Positions 1 through 28,905 of a stretch of DNA of 64,000 nt are shown here, in pieces (within the stretch, counting starts at the first letter, position 1; every line of letters begins with the position of its first letter). The notes below the pieces were generated by a model, which saw only the letters and a list, made by a program, of their open reading frames with translations, was not told the origin of the DNA and ran no database searches. Where the stretch lies: positions 531,669-595,668 of the forward strand of contig JAWQFM010000033.1 of assembly GCA_033442325.1 (NCBI GenBank), written 5' to 3'. This stretch comes from Salpingoeca rosetta. Its lineage: Eukaryota; Protista; Choanoflagellata. Position numbers and translations under genes: made by a program.

Positions 1-99
1 TGAGATGTAAGATAAGTGACAGGAAGAAGAAACGAGGATGAGCGTGCGCTTGGGGTTTGTTTCTGGTTGTCTGATGCCGTGGCATCAACACGTGGCTTG

Positions 100-4919
<4,820 letters not shown>

Positions 4920-5141
4920 GCGTGCGTACGTGTTGGGCGTGGGGTGTTGGGTGTGTCCTTTGCTCCTCGTGCGTGGGTGAGTGCGTGGGTGGGTGGATGC
5001 ACACTGTCGTCCGGGCTGCCTGCTGTTGGCTCATTTACAAGCAAGACCTTTTCCTTCTTTCCGGTCCTGTGCTGTTGTGAAGAATGGCCATAACTTCATG
5101 TAATTTTCCGCACTGAAGCAGAACAGGAAGAACCAAGCGAT

Positions 5142-15258
<10,117 letters not shown>

Positions 15259-15285
15259 TGTTTTGCGTGTTTGTGTGTTTGTGTG

Positions 15286-15328
<43 letters not shown>

Positions 15329-16404
15329 TCGTGCATGTGTATGTGTGTTGTATTGTGCATGTGTGTGCATGTGTGTGTGTGCGTCCGCCCCTTGCCACAT
15401 GTCTGCATGTCGCTGTCGTGAAGCTAAAAATAACCCCCGCCATTTCGTAATTTCGAACCCAAGAACGCTCGCGCAGCAGAGAGTTTGCGTGCACATTCCC
15501 AATTTTACGTGCAAGAGAAATCCAAACAAACAAACTGTTTTCACACAAAGCAAACGAAAGAAACGGCGCAAGACGAAGCAAGATCGCTCGGCTCGGCGAT
15601 AGGGCGAACGAACCAACCAACCAACCAGCCACTCGTGTCTGCGTGTGTGTCTGTGCGTGTCAACGAAACAAGCAACAGAAGCAGCAAAGACGGAAGGAAG
15701 GAAGGAAGAAGGGTGTCAAAGCAACGAGCCAGCCAAGCCAGCCAAGCTTGACTGTTTGTTCTTCTCTCTGTGCTGCGGACTTGGCTGTTTGCCACGCGCA
15801 AACGGCACGCTCGAAACAGAGAGAACTCACGCTGCTCTCTTGCACGCCCGGTAGGTTTTGTTTCTTGGTTAGTTGGTTGGTTGGTTGGTCTTGTCACGAC
15901 GCATCTTGTGCCTTGCGGTGACTTCACGCACACGCACACCACACAACGCACAACGCACAACGCACACGCACACTTGCACCGCGTCAATCACGCGGCGGGG
16001 TTTGGGTGGCGTGCGCGGATTTGTCGTGTCGGCAGTTTCCCCCTCTTGCGCTGACGCTTGCGAGCAAGCAAGCAAAGAAGCAAGACCCTTCTTTTGTTCT
16101 GTTCATTTGTTTGGTTCCTTTTCTCATTTGTCTGTTTGGCCTGGTTGGTGAGCCATCCAGCAAGCGGTCGGTCGCTTGCTTTGTTGCCTCCCACTTTTTC
16201 CTTCTCATTCAGACACCCGTCTTCCTCCCACCACGATCACCACTCCACACACTCCACAGCATTATCTCTTGTCTTGTTCTGACCCCCTTTTTCTTTTTCT
16301 TTTCGGCCCCCTGTCTCTGTGTCTGGTTCTTTGTACAGTCATTGATCGGCGGCATCGGAGTGAGGCAGAAACACTCCACCACCACAGGCAAGTGCACGAA
16401 CACG

Positions 16405-16452
<48 letters not shown>

Positions 16453-16701
16453 ACGCATGCTGTTCTCTCACACAGAAACACACACACACACACGCACACA
16501 CACACACACACAAATGCACGAACGGTCTCGGGTCGGTTGCTTCGCTGCGCTCACACACGTTGCTTTCGTCTCCCCATCCTCTCCTTTTCTTCCCGTTTCT
16601 CTTCCCCTTTCTTTCCTCTCTTCTTCCAACACAACAGCGTCCTCACAACCGGCTAAGCTACATCTCCAACCACCTCCGACTACCCAAGCACCAATAACAC
16701 G

Positions 16702-17460
16702 ATGACGTCGCGCCAGCCAGTTCAGCCGCACCAGCAGCAGCAGCAACAGCAACAGGACGCGCAGCAAGCGACCATGCCACATCAGCGGCCCCAGCACCAG
16801 CACGGCGGCCGCCACCATCACCACAACCACCACCACAACCACCACCATCACAAGCACTCGCGCGGTGTTCCGCATGCGATCCCGGACGTGCCGCCCATCC
16901 AACTCGTCTTCCACCGCGTTGGCGAGGACGAGGCCGCCACGGCCACGGCCACGGCGACAACACCTGCTGATACGGCGTCCAAGGCAGGCCGCGCGGCCGC
17001 CACAGCACCACCGACGGCCGGTGAGGACGGCAGCGGTGGTCGCGGTGGTGTTGGTGACAAGGCAAGCGACAACGCTGCCGTGTACATTGAGTTGAAGCGG
17101 CCAAACGAGGACATCTTTCGTCCGCCGCCGCCACACTGCGTGCACCAGGTGCCTGGCCTGAATGGCGAGCAGGACTGCTACCGCTTGCACGGCCCCTCTG
17201 TGAACCAGGTCAAGGCCGACTTCTTCAAGTGGGCCATCAAGCACTGCACGCCGCCAAGCCTGCTGGTGAAGTTTCTCAAGGCAGTTGGTGTTCTGCATGA
17301 GGATGTGCCCGAGGCGGCTGGCGTCTCACTTCGCGCCGACCTCATCTCCGCCCTCCGCTACAACCAGTGCATCATCACCATCCACAAGAACGACATTGGC
17401 CGCGTCATCGGTGCGGCGCCCTTGTTATTGCTGTCGTATGTCTGTTTGTATGTGCGTCTG

Positions 17461-17541
<81 letters not shown>

Positions 17542-18020
17542 ATGACCGTCTATCTGGCCGTCCGTCTGCTTCTGGCTGTGTGTCTATGCGTCCACCGATG
17601 TACGAACGTGCATGCATGCATGCATGCATGCATGCATGCGTTGAGCTCACGCTGCCCGTCTTGACTGTACCGCATATCCCGTTCATCCATCATGCACATG
17701 TCTGCTTGCAACAGGTCGCGACGGCCACCATATCTTTGCATTCCAACAGCTCTCTGGCGGAAACATGTACATCCCCTCCAAGCCCAAACCGGACGAAGAC
17801 GCTGTCGAGTTGGTCATTCTGGCGCCAAACGCCCGCACGGTGACATACTGCGAGGCTCTGGTCAACATGATGCTCACGCCCATCAGCCAGGGCGGCGTCA
17901 AGCCAGACGACGATGAAGCACAGGGTGTACAGGAGTCCAGCGCTGCATACGTACGTGTTTTTACTGTGGAAGGGGAGAGGGGAATGCGTTTCAGTGTGTG
18001 TTCGTGCGTTTCAGTGTGAG

Positions 18021-18094
<74 letters not shown>

Positions 18095-18461
18095 GTTGTT
18101 GTTGTTGTTTGTTGTTATTGTTGTTGGAAGTATGTGGTTGATACAAGTCTTTACTCGCGTCAACTCCACTCATCCTCTGCCATCTCACATGTCTCAACAA
18201 CCATCCACACACACACACACACACGCGTCTGCTGGTGCCCAAACACAGCGGGTGCTGCACATGTGCGACAACGAGTTTCGACAACTGTTCCAGGGCCTGA
18301 AGCGGCCCATGTCCGCCATCCAGATTGCCGTCAAGCGCACGGCCACCACTGTCTCCGCCTTTGGCCACGTGCCAAACACACACGCGCAGCAGGTTGTCCT
18401 TGCCGGCCCGGCATGCAACAACTTGCTGGAGGAACTCGCGGTACGCAGCGTGGCGCGCGCG

Positions 18462-18554
<93 letters not shown>

Positions 18555-19110
18555 GTGTGCGTCTGTATCTGCCTGCCTGCCTGTCTGTGTTGAGAAGCAC
18601 GCGAAAGTGCGTGTTGCGAGCAACACTGTGCTCTTGTGTCCGTGCTCATACCACGCTTCCCTGACGCGCCAACCTCTCGCTCGCCATTGTTTCACCATCC
18701 CCCCCCCCACAAATTATCTCCTTGACGTTGCAACAGCAGCAGCTGATCCGGCGCGACCGCCACGGGAAGAGCAAGAAGCCTGCCATGATGGAGATTGCCG
18801 TCATGCACCACACCAACCCGGCCGTTGTCCTTCCGCTCAACAAACCATACGGTTCGCACGCATGGGCGATGGTTGTGCGTTTGTGTGTTTGTGTGTGTGT
18901 GTGTGTGTGTGCGTGTGCGCGTGTGTGTGTGTGTGGTTGTGTTGGTTGTGCTTGTTGCTTGAACAAGAGTTATGGCTGTTGCGTTGCGGAAAATCATGTG
19001 TGTCAAACCTTTTTCGTTGCTCATCCACTCACTGTATCTTTGACACCCCTTCACCCCGCCCTCCCTCGTGGTTCTACTCACCACCACCAATCGACAACGA
19101 CGACGACGAC

Positions 19111-19163
<53 letters not shown>

Positions 19164-20481
19164 CAACAGAGACGCGCACGCCAGACTCGCTGCCGGGACC
19201 GTCCGGCCCCATTGGTGTTCCACCGCAGTTCATGCCCATGCAAGGTGAGCAGGCAGTTTTTTGGATTGCCTGTCCTTGCTTCTGCTTTGTGCTGAGAGAT
19301 GCACGCTTGCCTATGAATTCATCCTCACTCACTCACTCACTCACTCACTCACTCACTCACTCACTCACTCACTCACTCACTCACTCACTCACTCACTCAC
19401 TCACTCACTCACTCACTCACTCACAACGACAACAACAACAACAACAACAACACACACACACACACACAACACATGCAACTCACAAACACAAAACTTGCAA
19501 CAACACAACACAGGCACGCCAATGCAGCCGCCATTTGCGGTGTTGGATGGCGGGGCCCCTGGCTCGCCCATGACAACCCCAGGCTCAGGACCGCACCAAG
19601 CAGGACCGCCACCACCGCCTCCGCACCACCAGGGGATGATGGGCAGTCCTTTTGCAGTGCCGTTTGCCCCGCCAGGCATGCACGTTCACCCGGTCCCCGT
19701 GTCTACCATGGCCACTGGTGCGCCCCTGATGCGCAGCCCTGGCATGGGGCCGGCTGTTGCGCAAGTGCCGCTTATGCCCCACAGCCCCATGATGCAACCC
19801 GGTGGTCCTCCCGGCGGCCCCACGCCACCCTACATGATGCAACAACAACAGCCACCACCACAGCAGCACCAGCAGCGCCCTCGCCACCTTCGCTCCGTGT
19901 CATCATCCACGTCACAGCCCGGCTCGCCGTTCACCGACAGGCGCAGTGGCGGTGGTGCTCAGCAGCAACTGCACCCACAACAGCCACAGCAGCAGCGTGC
20001 ACAGGGTGCCACGTCTTCACCACAGCAGGCAATGTATGCACAGCAGCAGCAGCAGCAGCAGCAGCATCATCCTGTGTTGCTGTCCCCAACACAGCATCCA
20101 GCACAGTTTCAACCCCAGCAATTCCCTCCGTACCACCAGCAGCCACCACACGTGATGGGCCAGCAACAGCAGCTACCACCATCACAGCAGCACCAGCAGC
20201 AGCCACCGTCAGGCATGCCCTACACGAGCACGGGCGCTGTTGTCACGACTGCGCAGGGCGGTGCCCCTTATGGCGGATATTACGGGCCACCAACGCCCAC
20301 GACAGGCCCGTTCAACGCCATGACGCCAGGCTCCCAGCCCTCATTCCCTTCCGCAGATGGCATGGGCATGGGCGGGGTCATGTACGTCCACCCGCAGTAC
20401 TCCGCGCAGGCCCAGATGTTTCCCATCCAGTGCAACAACATGCTGGTGCGTTGCACTGTTGTGCTGGAGGTTGTGTCTGCG

Positions 20482-20519
<38 letters not shown>

Positions 20520-21760
20520 TGTCTGTCTGTCTGTCCGTCTGTCCGTCTGTGTGTGTGTGTGTCTGTCCGTCTGTGTGTGTCTGTGTCTGTGTGTCTGTGT
20601 GTGTGTGTGTGTGTGCACGTGTGTGCTGCAGCTCGTCCTCGCTACTTTCCTTGTCGCCTTGCCATTCCTCACTCGCTCCCCTTCTTCATGTCCGTCCTTT
20701 CTCTTCATCCACGCTCTTCATCCACGCCCCCCCCCCTCTCACTGTCTGCAACAACAGAAGCGCCGCCTGTCGTACCACTTTGCAACGCTCTCTGCGATGG
20801 TGAATGACGCGTTTGGCAGCCGCCTCATGTGGGAACAAGGTATGCATGCATGTAAGCGCAATCGGAACAGCACACGCAGTCTGCATTCACTGTGCGTTCT
20901 TCACTACTTTCACCACTCCATCACTGTCCCATGACCCAACCTCACCTCCTCACTCAACCTCACCAACCCGCGACCTGTCCACAGGCGCGGACCACCTTGT
21001 GCTGGTGACTGTGCCCGAGCTCGTGCAACCCATCATGCACCAGCTGTACGAACTGCCCCTCCCACCCGTGCCCACATCCCACCACCACCACCACCATGGC
21101 GGCAGCAGCGGCCGCCATAGCCGGTGGTCCTCTGAGGGCGACGAGGACACGCACCCACACGCCCATCACCGCACCGCGGGCACGCAACAGCAACAGCAGT
21201 CGCAACAGCAACAGCAACACCAGCACCAGCACCAGCACCAGCACCAGCCTCAGCAGCAGCAGCAACAGCAACAGCCAACGGGCAAGAACGGAGGCAAGTC
21301 TGCTGCCAGGACGCGGGACGTCGAGGGTGCCGTGCGTGTTCCCGAACAGCAGCAGGTGAAGACGCAACAGCCAACAACGACAATGACACCAACCAGCACC
21401 AACGGCGGTGGTGTTGCTGCATCCGCGTCCACGTCCACAACGCCGAGTACGGGGGCGTCAAGTGCAACACCGTCGTCGTCGTCCCGTTCGCAGCGCCCGC
21501 CAAGCGTGAGCGGCGCCAAGGGTGGCAACGCCCCCAACGGGGTCGTATGTGGTGCTGGCATGACGCAGACGCAGCACGCAGACAAGGAGAACGCAACACG
21601 GTCCTCACGGTCGTCCCGCCCATCGTCGGCCTCTAGTCACGGCGTGGGCACGCTTAGCATGGACAGGCTCACGCTGTCTGGGCCCACGACACCAAAGGGC
21701 ACGCACGCCATGACGCTGCCGCCGCCACCAGGCATGACCACACCCCCACACCCGCACTGA
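16702..21760 (+). CDS. KH-domain RNA-binding protein with long Q/P/H-rich low-complexity regions
   Basis: Exon 16702-17410 spliced to 17715 gives IITIHKNDIGRVIG-RDG-HHIFAFQQLSGGNMYIPSKPKPDEDAVELVILAPNARTVTYCEALVNMML, a KH fold with a GxxG loop. Further exons at about 18250-18440, 18740-18851, 19170-19243, 19514-20445, 20759-20839 and 20985-21760 (TGA). Confidence 0.75.
19324..19423. repeat. (ACTC)n microsatellite; similar tracts at about 29525-29718 and 53016-53155
   Basis: Directly visible. Confidence 0.95.
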
Positions 21761-21852
21761 AGGGGTACGGCGATTGACAGAAGGAGGCAGGGGAGGTGGA
21801 GCATGATGAGTGACTGACTGTGATGATGGAGGGAGAAACATGAAGGCCATGG

Positions 21853-21948
<96 letters not shown>

Positions 21949-23118
21949 CTTGTGTGTGCGTGCTTGTGTGTGTGTGTGTGTGGTTGATGAAACCAGAAAC
22001 GGGAGCGGCTGAAGAACAACGATGGGGAGGATGGAAACTGCCGCCTGACCAATGAAAGCACATGTAAAGCTGCATTGCTGTTGTTGTTGTTGTTGTTGCA
22101 TGCATGTAGTAGTGAGCAACAGGCAAGCAAGTGTCGTCGTTGGTTGCGATGTTTTGGGGCTTGTACACTGCTTTGCCTCTTGCTTCCTTCCTGTATTGTG
22201 TGTCTGTGCGTGCGTTCCAAGCGTCTTTTTTTTTTTTTGCTTGTTTGTGTTGTTTGGAATGCTTCATCTTCCACTGTTGCGCGTGTGCATGCGTGTTAGC
22301 ACGTCCACCAATCCATTTTACACATTTCCATTTGCATTTAATGCGTTGACGTGTGTCGTGGGTCTGTGTTTTTGTTTCGTTTCATGCACGTGTTTGTTTG
22401 TGGGTTTGCCTGGGATTCAATGGTGAATGTTCTGCAGAGTAAATGAAGCAATTAACCACGTGCACACATCTTGTGGTGTTCAGAGGGCGGCGGAGAGCTA
22501 ACGGAGAAGAGGGAACGAACGAAGGCAGGCATGCGGGGCTGAGGCTGGAGTCGTGATGATGATGTGTGGTGATTCAAGACGAAACTAAGCCAAAAAAAAA
22601 AAAAAAAAAGCAACACCAATTATGCGTTGTGTGGGAGAGGTTGTGGCTGTGGTCGTTTGTTGAGTGACACAAACAAGCACAGCGACGCACATCAGATCCC
22701 GAGGTTGACGACGACATAGCAGTGGGTGAACTGCCAATGCGACGGCCGAGGGGAAGTGCGAGTGTGCGACAAAGAGCGATGGGAACGAAAGCAAGCCAGC
22801 AAGAAGAAACAGGTCAAGAGTGAATGGCGGTAACACGAAGGAGTGAGTGGCGCTGTTGCGTATGTGTGAGAGTGCACACAGCACACAACAACAAAGGCGA
22901 CAATGATGATGATGACGACGATGCAGAAGTAGCCGGCGTTTTATCTGCAAGTGCGTGTGTGTGTGTGTGTGTGTGCGTGTGTGTGTGTGTGTGTGTCAAA
23001 AGTCTTGCAGTGTGCGTGTTTGTGTGCGTGTTATTGGTGGGTTGATGAACCCAAGACACAAGCAAGCGCACAATACAGCAAACGCGCCGCGACCACCAGG
23101 TTGGCATTGACAGTCATC

Positions 23119-23290
23119 TCACCAGCTGCGCGCTCCAGCCTCCTGCACAGCCGGCAACGACGACCGCTAGACACATGTACACGCGCACACACATACATGG
23201 GCGCACAAGGAACGTGAGTTCATCTCTGTGCGTCTATGTGGGTCCGTGTGTGTGTGTGTCTGCTTGTCTGTGTCTGTGTGTCTCTGTGTG

Positions 23291-23321
<31 letters not shown>

Positions 23322-24544
23322 CTGCTTGTGTGTGTGTGTGTCTGTGTGTCTGTATGTGTCTGCGTGTGTATTGTATGAAGTTCAGAGTGCAAATTCAACA
23401 TCAACAAACGCAATTCGCCAACATCAACCACTCTTCCTGCTGCACCCCTGCCCCCCAATCTCCCTGTGTGTGCCTCTCTCCCAGTCTCTCTGTCTCGCTG
23501 TGCCTCTCGCTGTCTCTGTCTCTCACTGTCATAACCGGTCACGTACCGCGGGCCGGGTGTTGACAGATCGGCGACGATGCAGCTCATTCGCACCTGATGA
23601 CAGATGGAGATTGTGAAGGGAGTTGTGATGGTGATGGTGGTGGGTGGTGAGCAATACGATGGTGTACTTGCTAAAGAACTGACACACACACACATACACA
23701 CACACACATTTGAACAGACATACACACACGCGCGCGCACACACGGGATGGATCACAAGATCGTCACATCACATGTGGATGTGACGCACTGATTCCGCCGT
23801 TCATGAAGCGCTCGACGTCGCTGTCAACGGTGCCGAGGGCATCGCGCACCTGATGCATGCAGGCAACAACAAGGTTGATGTGAGGGCGGGGGATGTGTCG
23901 TCGAATGATGAGGCGTTCAAGTACATGTTTACACACACACACACGCACACGCACACGCACACACACACGCACACGCACACGCACGCACACACGCACACAC
24001 CACACGCACACACACACGCGCGCGCACACACACACGCACACGCACACACACACACACACACACGCACGCAAACACGCATGCGTAAACACGTGTCTGCAGG
24101 CCACTGCACAGAACGGGTTGTGCTGTGGGCTTACCATATCCGACTGGGGTTTGCCGCGTGGGCCGTATTTCTTGGAGCGGCGGCGAACAAGCTCTTTGCT
24201 GTCAACCTGGCGTGGTGAACGCGACAATACGACGAATGGGCGCTCGTGAGATTGGACGCGGGGGGTTGAATGCAGCACACGCACGTGGGTACACGGGGAC
24301 AGGTACACAACATGGCAAACACAACACAACAAAAAAACCAGCAAAAACACCACACAACGCGGACACAAGCACAGCATCATCATCATCATCATCATCATCA
24401 TCGCACCCCGCCCTCGAGGAACGCGGCGACGTCCTGGTCAAACTCCGACGCGTCCATGCCGGCCTCCTCCGCCTTGCACAGCAGATCGGGCGCAATCACG
24501 CTGCCCGGCGCCTGCAGCGGATGCCTGCAGGCAAATGGCAACAA

Positions 24545-24599
<55 letters not shown>

Positions 24600-24700
24600 G
24601 ATGTGTGTATGGATGTGTGTGTAAGGATGGATGGACATGTGTGAGAATGTGCGGGCTTCAGTGTGGAAGAGGCAAGCACGTGCGTGAAAACGTTTCCAAG

Positions 24701-24735
<35 letters not shown>

Positions 24736-24775
24736 CTCACACGCACACGCACACACACACACACACACACACGCT

Positions 24776-24811
<36 letters not shown>

Positions 24812-25627
24812 TACACGCTCGTACACGCACCTCAAGGCGACGTTGTCGTATGTGTCAAAGGAGTTGGTGAGTGTTCTGTTCATCTGCCGTTGGATGAGTT
24901 CCCAGACGGAGGGCACGCTTGGATCGGCGGGGCTCAAGGCATATCCTCCTGTGACGCATGCGTTCAATTCAAGCGAACCCGTGTTGCAAAGAGGCACGAT
25001 GTGAGCACAAGCCTGCCCCCATCCTTTCTTTCTCATCACCGGTCATGGGGTGATAAAATAAATAAGCGGCACTGCACCGCACTTCAACAACGCACCGTCG
25101 TCCTTGTTGATGACACGAATGTGACGCACAGCAGTCCCTTGCCTGCACATGCACAAGCGTACAAACGCACGAGCACACCGAGCACATGCAGAGAGTGTGT
25201 TGAGTGAGATGCGGTTTGTTTCCGAGCAAGGAAAGGCTGGTGGATCAGCCACACCACCGCTATTTGTGGCAGACATGAAACGCATCCGCAAACAGGCACG
25301 CAGCCTCACATGACAGAGACGGTGTAGACGCCGTCCTGTGATTCGCTCATGCGCAGCAGGAACGAGCCATCCTTGCCGCCTTCGTGGAGCCGCGACACGG
25401 CCTCGTCTCGCGAAATGCGCCCATGGTAGTACCTGCACGCACGAGCGGGGATGGGGTGAGGTTGCCCGTGTGGCTGCCGTGGTGGCTTGTCGGTTGTTGG
25501 TGGCCTTGCGAGACGACGCAGTCGTTCCTCAGATACAAACATGCAACAAGGCACAGTGTGTATGTGTGTATGTGTGTGTGTGTGTCGCCACTCACGAGCG
25601 ATCCTCGTCGTCCTCCTCGTAGCTCAT
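23119..25627 (-). CDS. Small SH2-domain protein (about 220 aa) with two C-terminal internal repeats
   Basis: Spliced product: [90 protein letters not shown]... The YHGxISRxEA and GSFLLRxSES SH2 motifs are present and GT-AG phases are consistent. The last exon ([15 protein letters not shown], stop 23119-23121) is the least certain. Confidence 0.85.
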
Positions 25628-26453
25628 GTTGGCTCGTGAGTTGAGAGGTGGTTGGTGCTGCTGGAGCTGGTGAGGTGCAGAGCACGAAACACGGAGCACG
25701 GGTGTATGGGAAGAAGGGTTGCGCGGAAATCAGCCCGCGCTGTGTGTTTGTGTTTGGGTTTTTTGTGTGGTGCCGGCCACCAAAGGCAGGTTTGCCTTTG
25801 ATGTTGCCGTGCGAAGGCAAAGTTGCGGTCGGTCGTTGGGGGTTGAGGGAGGTTTTGTTAACGATTTCGCCTATTTTTCCTCGTGCTCTCTGTATTGTGA
25901 ACTGGTGAGTGGCCAAGACGCAAGCAGCCAAGATGAGGGCAGCGGGTGCTGCTTGCTTCTTCGTTGCTTTGGTCTCGATGTGCTTTGCCTTGGCATGAGG
26001 ACGGGCAGGGCAGTGATGGTGATGGTGATGGTGATGGTGATGGTGATAGCTGTGTGGTGGTGGTGGTAGTGGTGGTGGTGATGGCGATGCCTCTGGCCGC
26101 GTGTGACGGTAGTGGTGGCGGTGTCACGTGTAGCGATTGGGAGTGAGGACGAGCGAAGATGGTGGTGGTGACGCTGTGGTGGTCACTGACATGAACGATG
26201 CAGGAGATGGCGACGGTGATGACGGTGATTGCTGCAGCTATGCGTTGATTTTGTCCAGTGCATTCCACACACACACACACACACATACAACGCACACGCA
26301 CGCACACGGTGCACATAGTGCTCGCTCTCACATCACATCACACGACTCTTTCTGACACCTGCCACTGGCACTGTCAACACAACTCCATGCAGGCATCTCC
26401 TCTGAATCGCTTAGCCCAGCACACATCATACACACCCCTTTTTGTCCGCCAAG

Positions 26454-27795
26454 ATGATGCGCCTTGCCCGAGTTTCCCGTGTCGCCGCTGCTGCTCGCCG
26501 CGTGCACACTGCTCGCGTCACCCTTGCTTCCGACCCGGCCAAGGTTGAACAGAAGCTTCAGGGTAAGCGCAACACCTGAATTCTGCCCATGTGTGTGTGC
26601 GTGTGTGTGTGAAAACGGGGATCGGGCGGTGGTCACCTGGTCAGCGTACGTTGTGGTGACCGTGTTTTGCAGTGCGATGACACGGCGCCTATGTTGTTGC
26701 CGTCTTTGTTATCTGTCCAACCCTCGCGCACTTCGTTGCTGCGTCACCATCCTGCCGCCTTCTCACCTTTTTGTTTGTGTGTGTGTGTGTGCACACATGT
26801 GTGCTTCTGCAGAGATTACCAAGTCTTCCGATCCCAAGGACAGCCAGGACGGCTATGGCGTGACTGGCCGCGTTCCCGACAACCACGAGCAGGCAACCGG
26901 CCTGGAGCGCCTTGAGCTTCTCGAGCTCGCCAAGGGCAACACGGTCAGTTTGTGCTTGTGGGTGTGGGTTGTGCTGTGTGCCTTTGGGCGCTTGTGTGTT
27001 GTACTCTGTGTGTGTGTGTTCAATGTGTTAGTTGTGCTCTGTGTGTGGGTGTGGGTGTTCGAAGTGTTAGTTGTGCTCTGTGTGTGCTCAGCTGTATTGT
27101 ATCCATTCGTCGCGTCTCCTTTGATACTATTGCGTGCCGATGCCAACTGTTGCTCGCACTCGTCCTTTGTGCGACCAACACTGCCTCCATCAATTCCATA
27201 CCCTGCCTTGTTAAAACACCACCAACAACTCACCCATGCTTGCACGCGAACAACTGTCCGTCCACATCTCTCCTACACCCTCTTGTCTCATGCCCCGAAC
27301 GACTTTCACTCGCAGGATCCCTTTGGCCTTGAGGGCATCAAGTGGGGCCCCGCCGGCACCAAGGCCGAGCCCCGCGAGATCCCCTCCCACTTTGACTCTC
27401 GCCTCGTCGGCTGCTGCTGTACGTTCCACGCTGCGTTTACATGCCGCTCTTGTGCCTTTGCCCTCACTGACACGGGTTCTCTGTCCAGCCGTGTGTTGGC
27501 CGCCCACAAGTTCTGGTGGCTCACGCGCAACCTCTCTCTCTCTCCTCTCTCCTCTCTGTCTCTCCCCCCTCCCTCCCTCTCGCTCGCTCGCTGACAACAC
27601 ACACCCTCTGTGCACACACCCTCTGCCGCCACTCACGCCTGTCCCTTGTCCGACGCATGACACTCCGCACGTGCAGGCGACCCCGAGTCTGAGCTTGTCA
27701 AGTACTTCTACGTCAAGGGTGGTGATGCCCAGGCCTGCCCCTGCGGCCAGCAGTACTTTAAGCTTGTCAAGACCGAGGACAAGGTCTCGTGGTAA
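26454..27795 (+). CDS. COX5B: Cytochrome c oxidase subunit Vb, mitochondrial
   Basis: Arg/Ala-rich presequence MMRLARVSRVAAAARRVHTAR, then VPDNHEQATGLERLELL, DPF, GTKAEPREIPSHFDSRLVGCCC and the zinc-site end QACPCGQQYFKLV. Four exons; TAA at 27793-27795. Confidence 0.93.
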
Positions 27796-28522
27796 ACACG
27801 CGACGCCTGCTTTCCTCGCTTGTCGTTTGTGGTTGACCTGAGTCTTTGCTTGCTTCGGTTGTTGTGGCGGTTGGGGCAGGTCCGTCCACCCTGCCTTTGC
27901 CCCCTTTTCCTTTCCCTTTTTCTCGGCTCCCTTCTTCTCTCTTGTCTCTCTGTTCTTGATGATCTACTAAACTCCAACGCAAGCCAGCGCTTGTGTGTTG
28001 TGTGCGTGCGCGCGTCTTGCTGTGTCTCGTCTTATCGCCCTGTCGTTTTTTTCTGTTCGTCCGTCGTGTTGTCCATCGTGCAGCTGCGTGATATGAAAGC
28101 CTCGTTTGTAGTTCCCTGTCAGCTATCGTGTGTGTGTGTGTGTTGTGTTGTGTGATGCAGTCAATCAAACGAAACCCTTTGTGACACAAGACAAGCAAGC
28201 ACAGGAAGTGGCGATGCGACGCCGTGATGTGATGGATCGATGTGCCGTGCACGACACAAGCAAAGCAAGCCAAGAAGCAGGTGGTGGTGGTTCTGCGCAT
28301 CTGCCAGCTCTGATGAATAATACTGGATGATTTCTATAAACTTTCGTTGACGTTGGTGCCTGAAAGACGCCATAGAGGGTGAGCGCAGAGCATGGAGCAT
28401 GCAGGCGACTTGTGACTTCACTGGCCTTGTTTGGTGTTGTTGTTGTTGTTAGTGTCTCGTGCCAAGGCCCGGACAAGAAACCCAGTGCACGCGTTGCTCA
28501 TTGCTCACTCTACTGACACTTG

Positions 28523-28572
<50 letters not shown>

Positions 28573-28712
28573 TGTGTCTGTGTGTCTGTGTGTCTGTGTC
28601 TGTGTCTGTGTGTCTGTGTGTCTGTGTCTGTGTGTCTGTGTGTCTGTGTGTGTCTGTGTGTGTCTGTTGGTGGCAGGTTCTCTGCAAGCACGGAGGAAAG
28701 CAACACCCAACC

Positions 28713-28835
28713 ATGTCTGCCAAGCGTCGCCCAGACAAGCAAATTACTGCGGATGACCCTGACGATGACGGGGACGCCAACGAGGGCGGCAGTGGCCCAT
28801 TCCTTCGCGCTTCCAAGGACGTCGTCTCACAGCGC

Positions 28836-28905
<70 letters not shown>

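Noticed and set aside
25930-26240. D/G-rich ORFs between the SH2 and COX5B genes
   Set aside because: Low-complexity (GATGGT)n sequence with no coherent splice pattern or recognisable domain.
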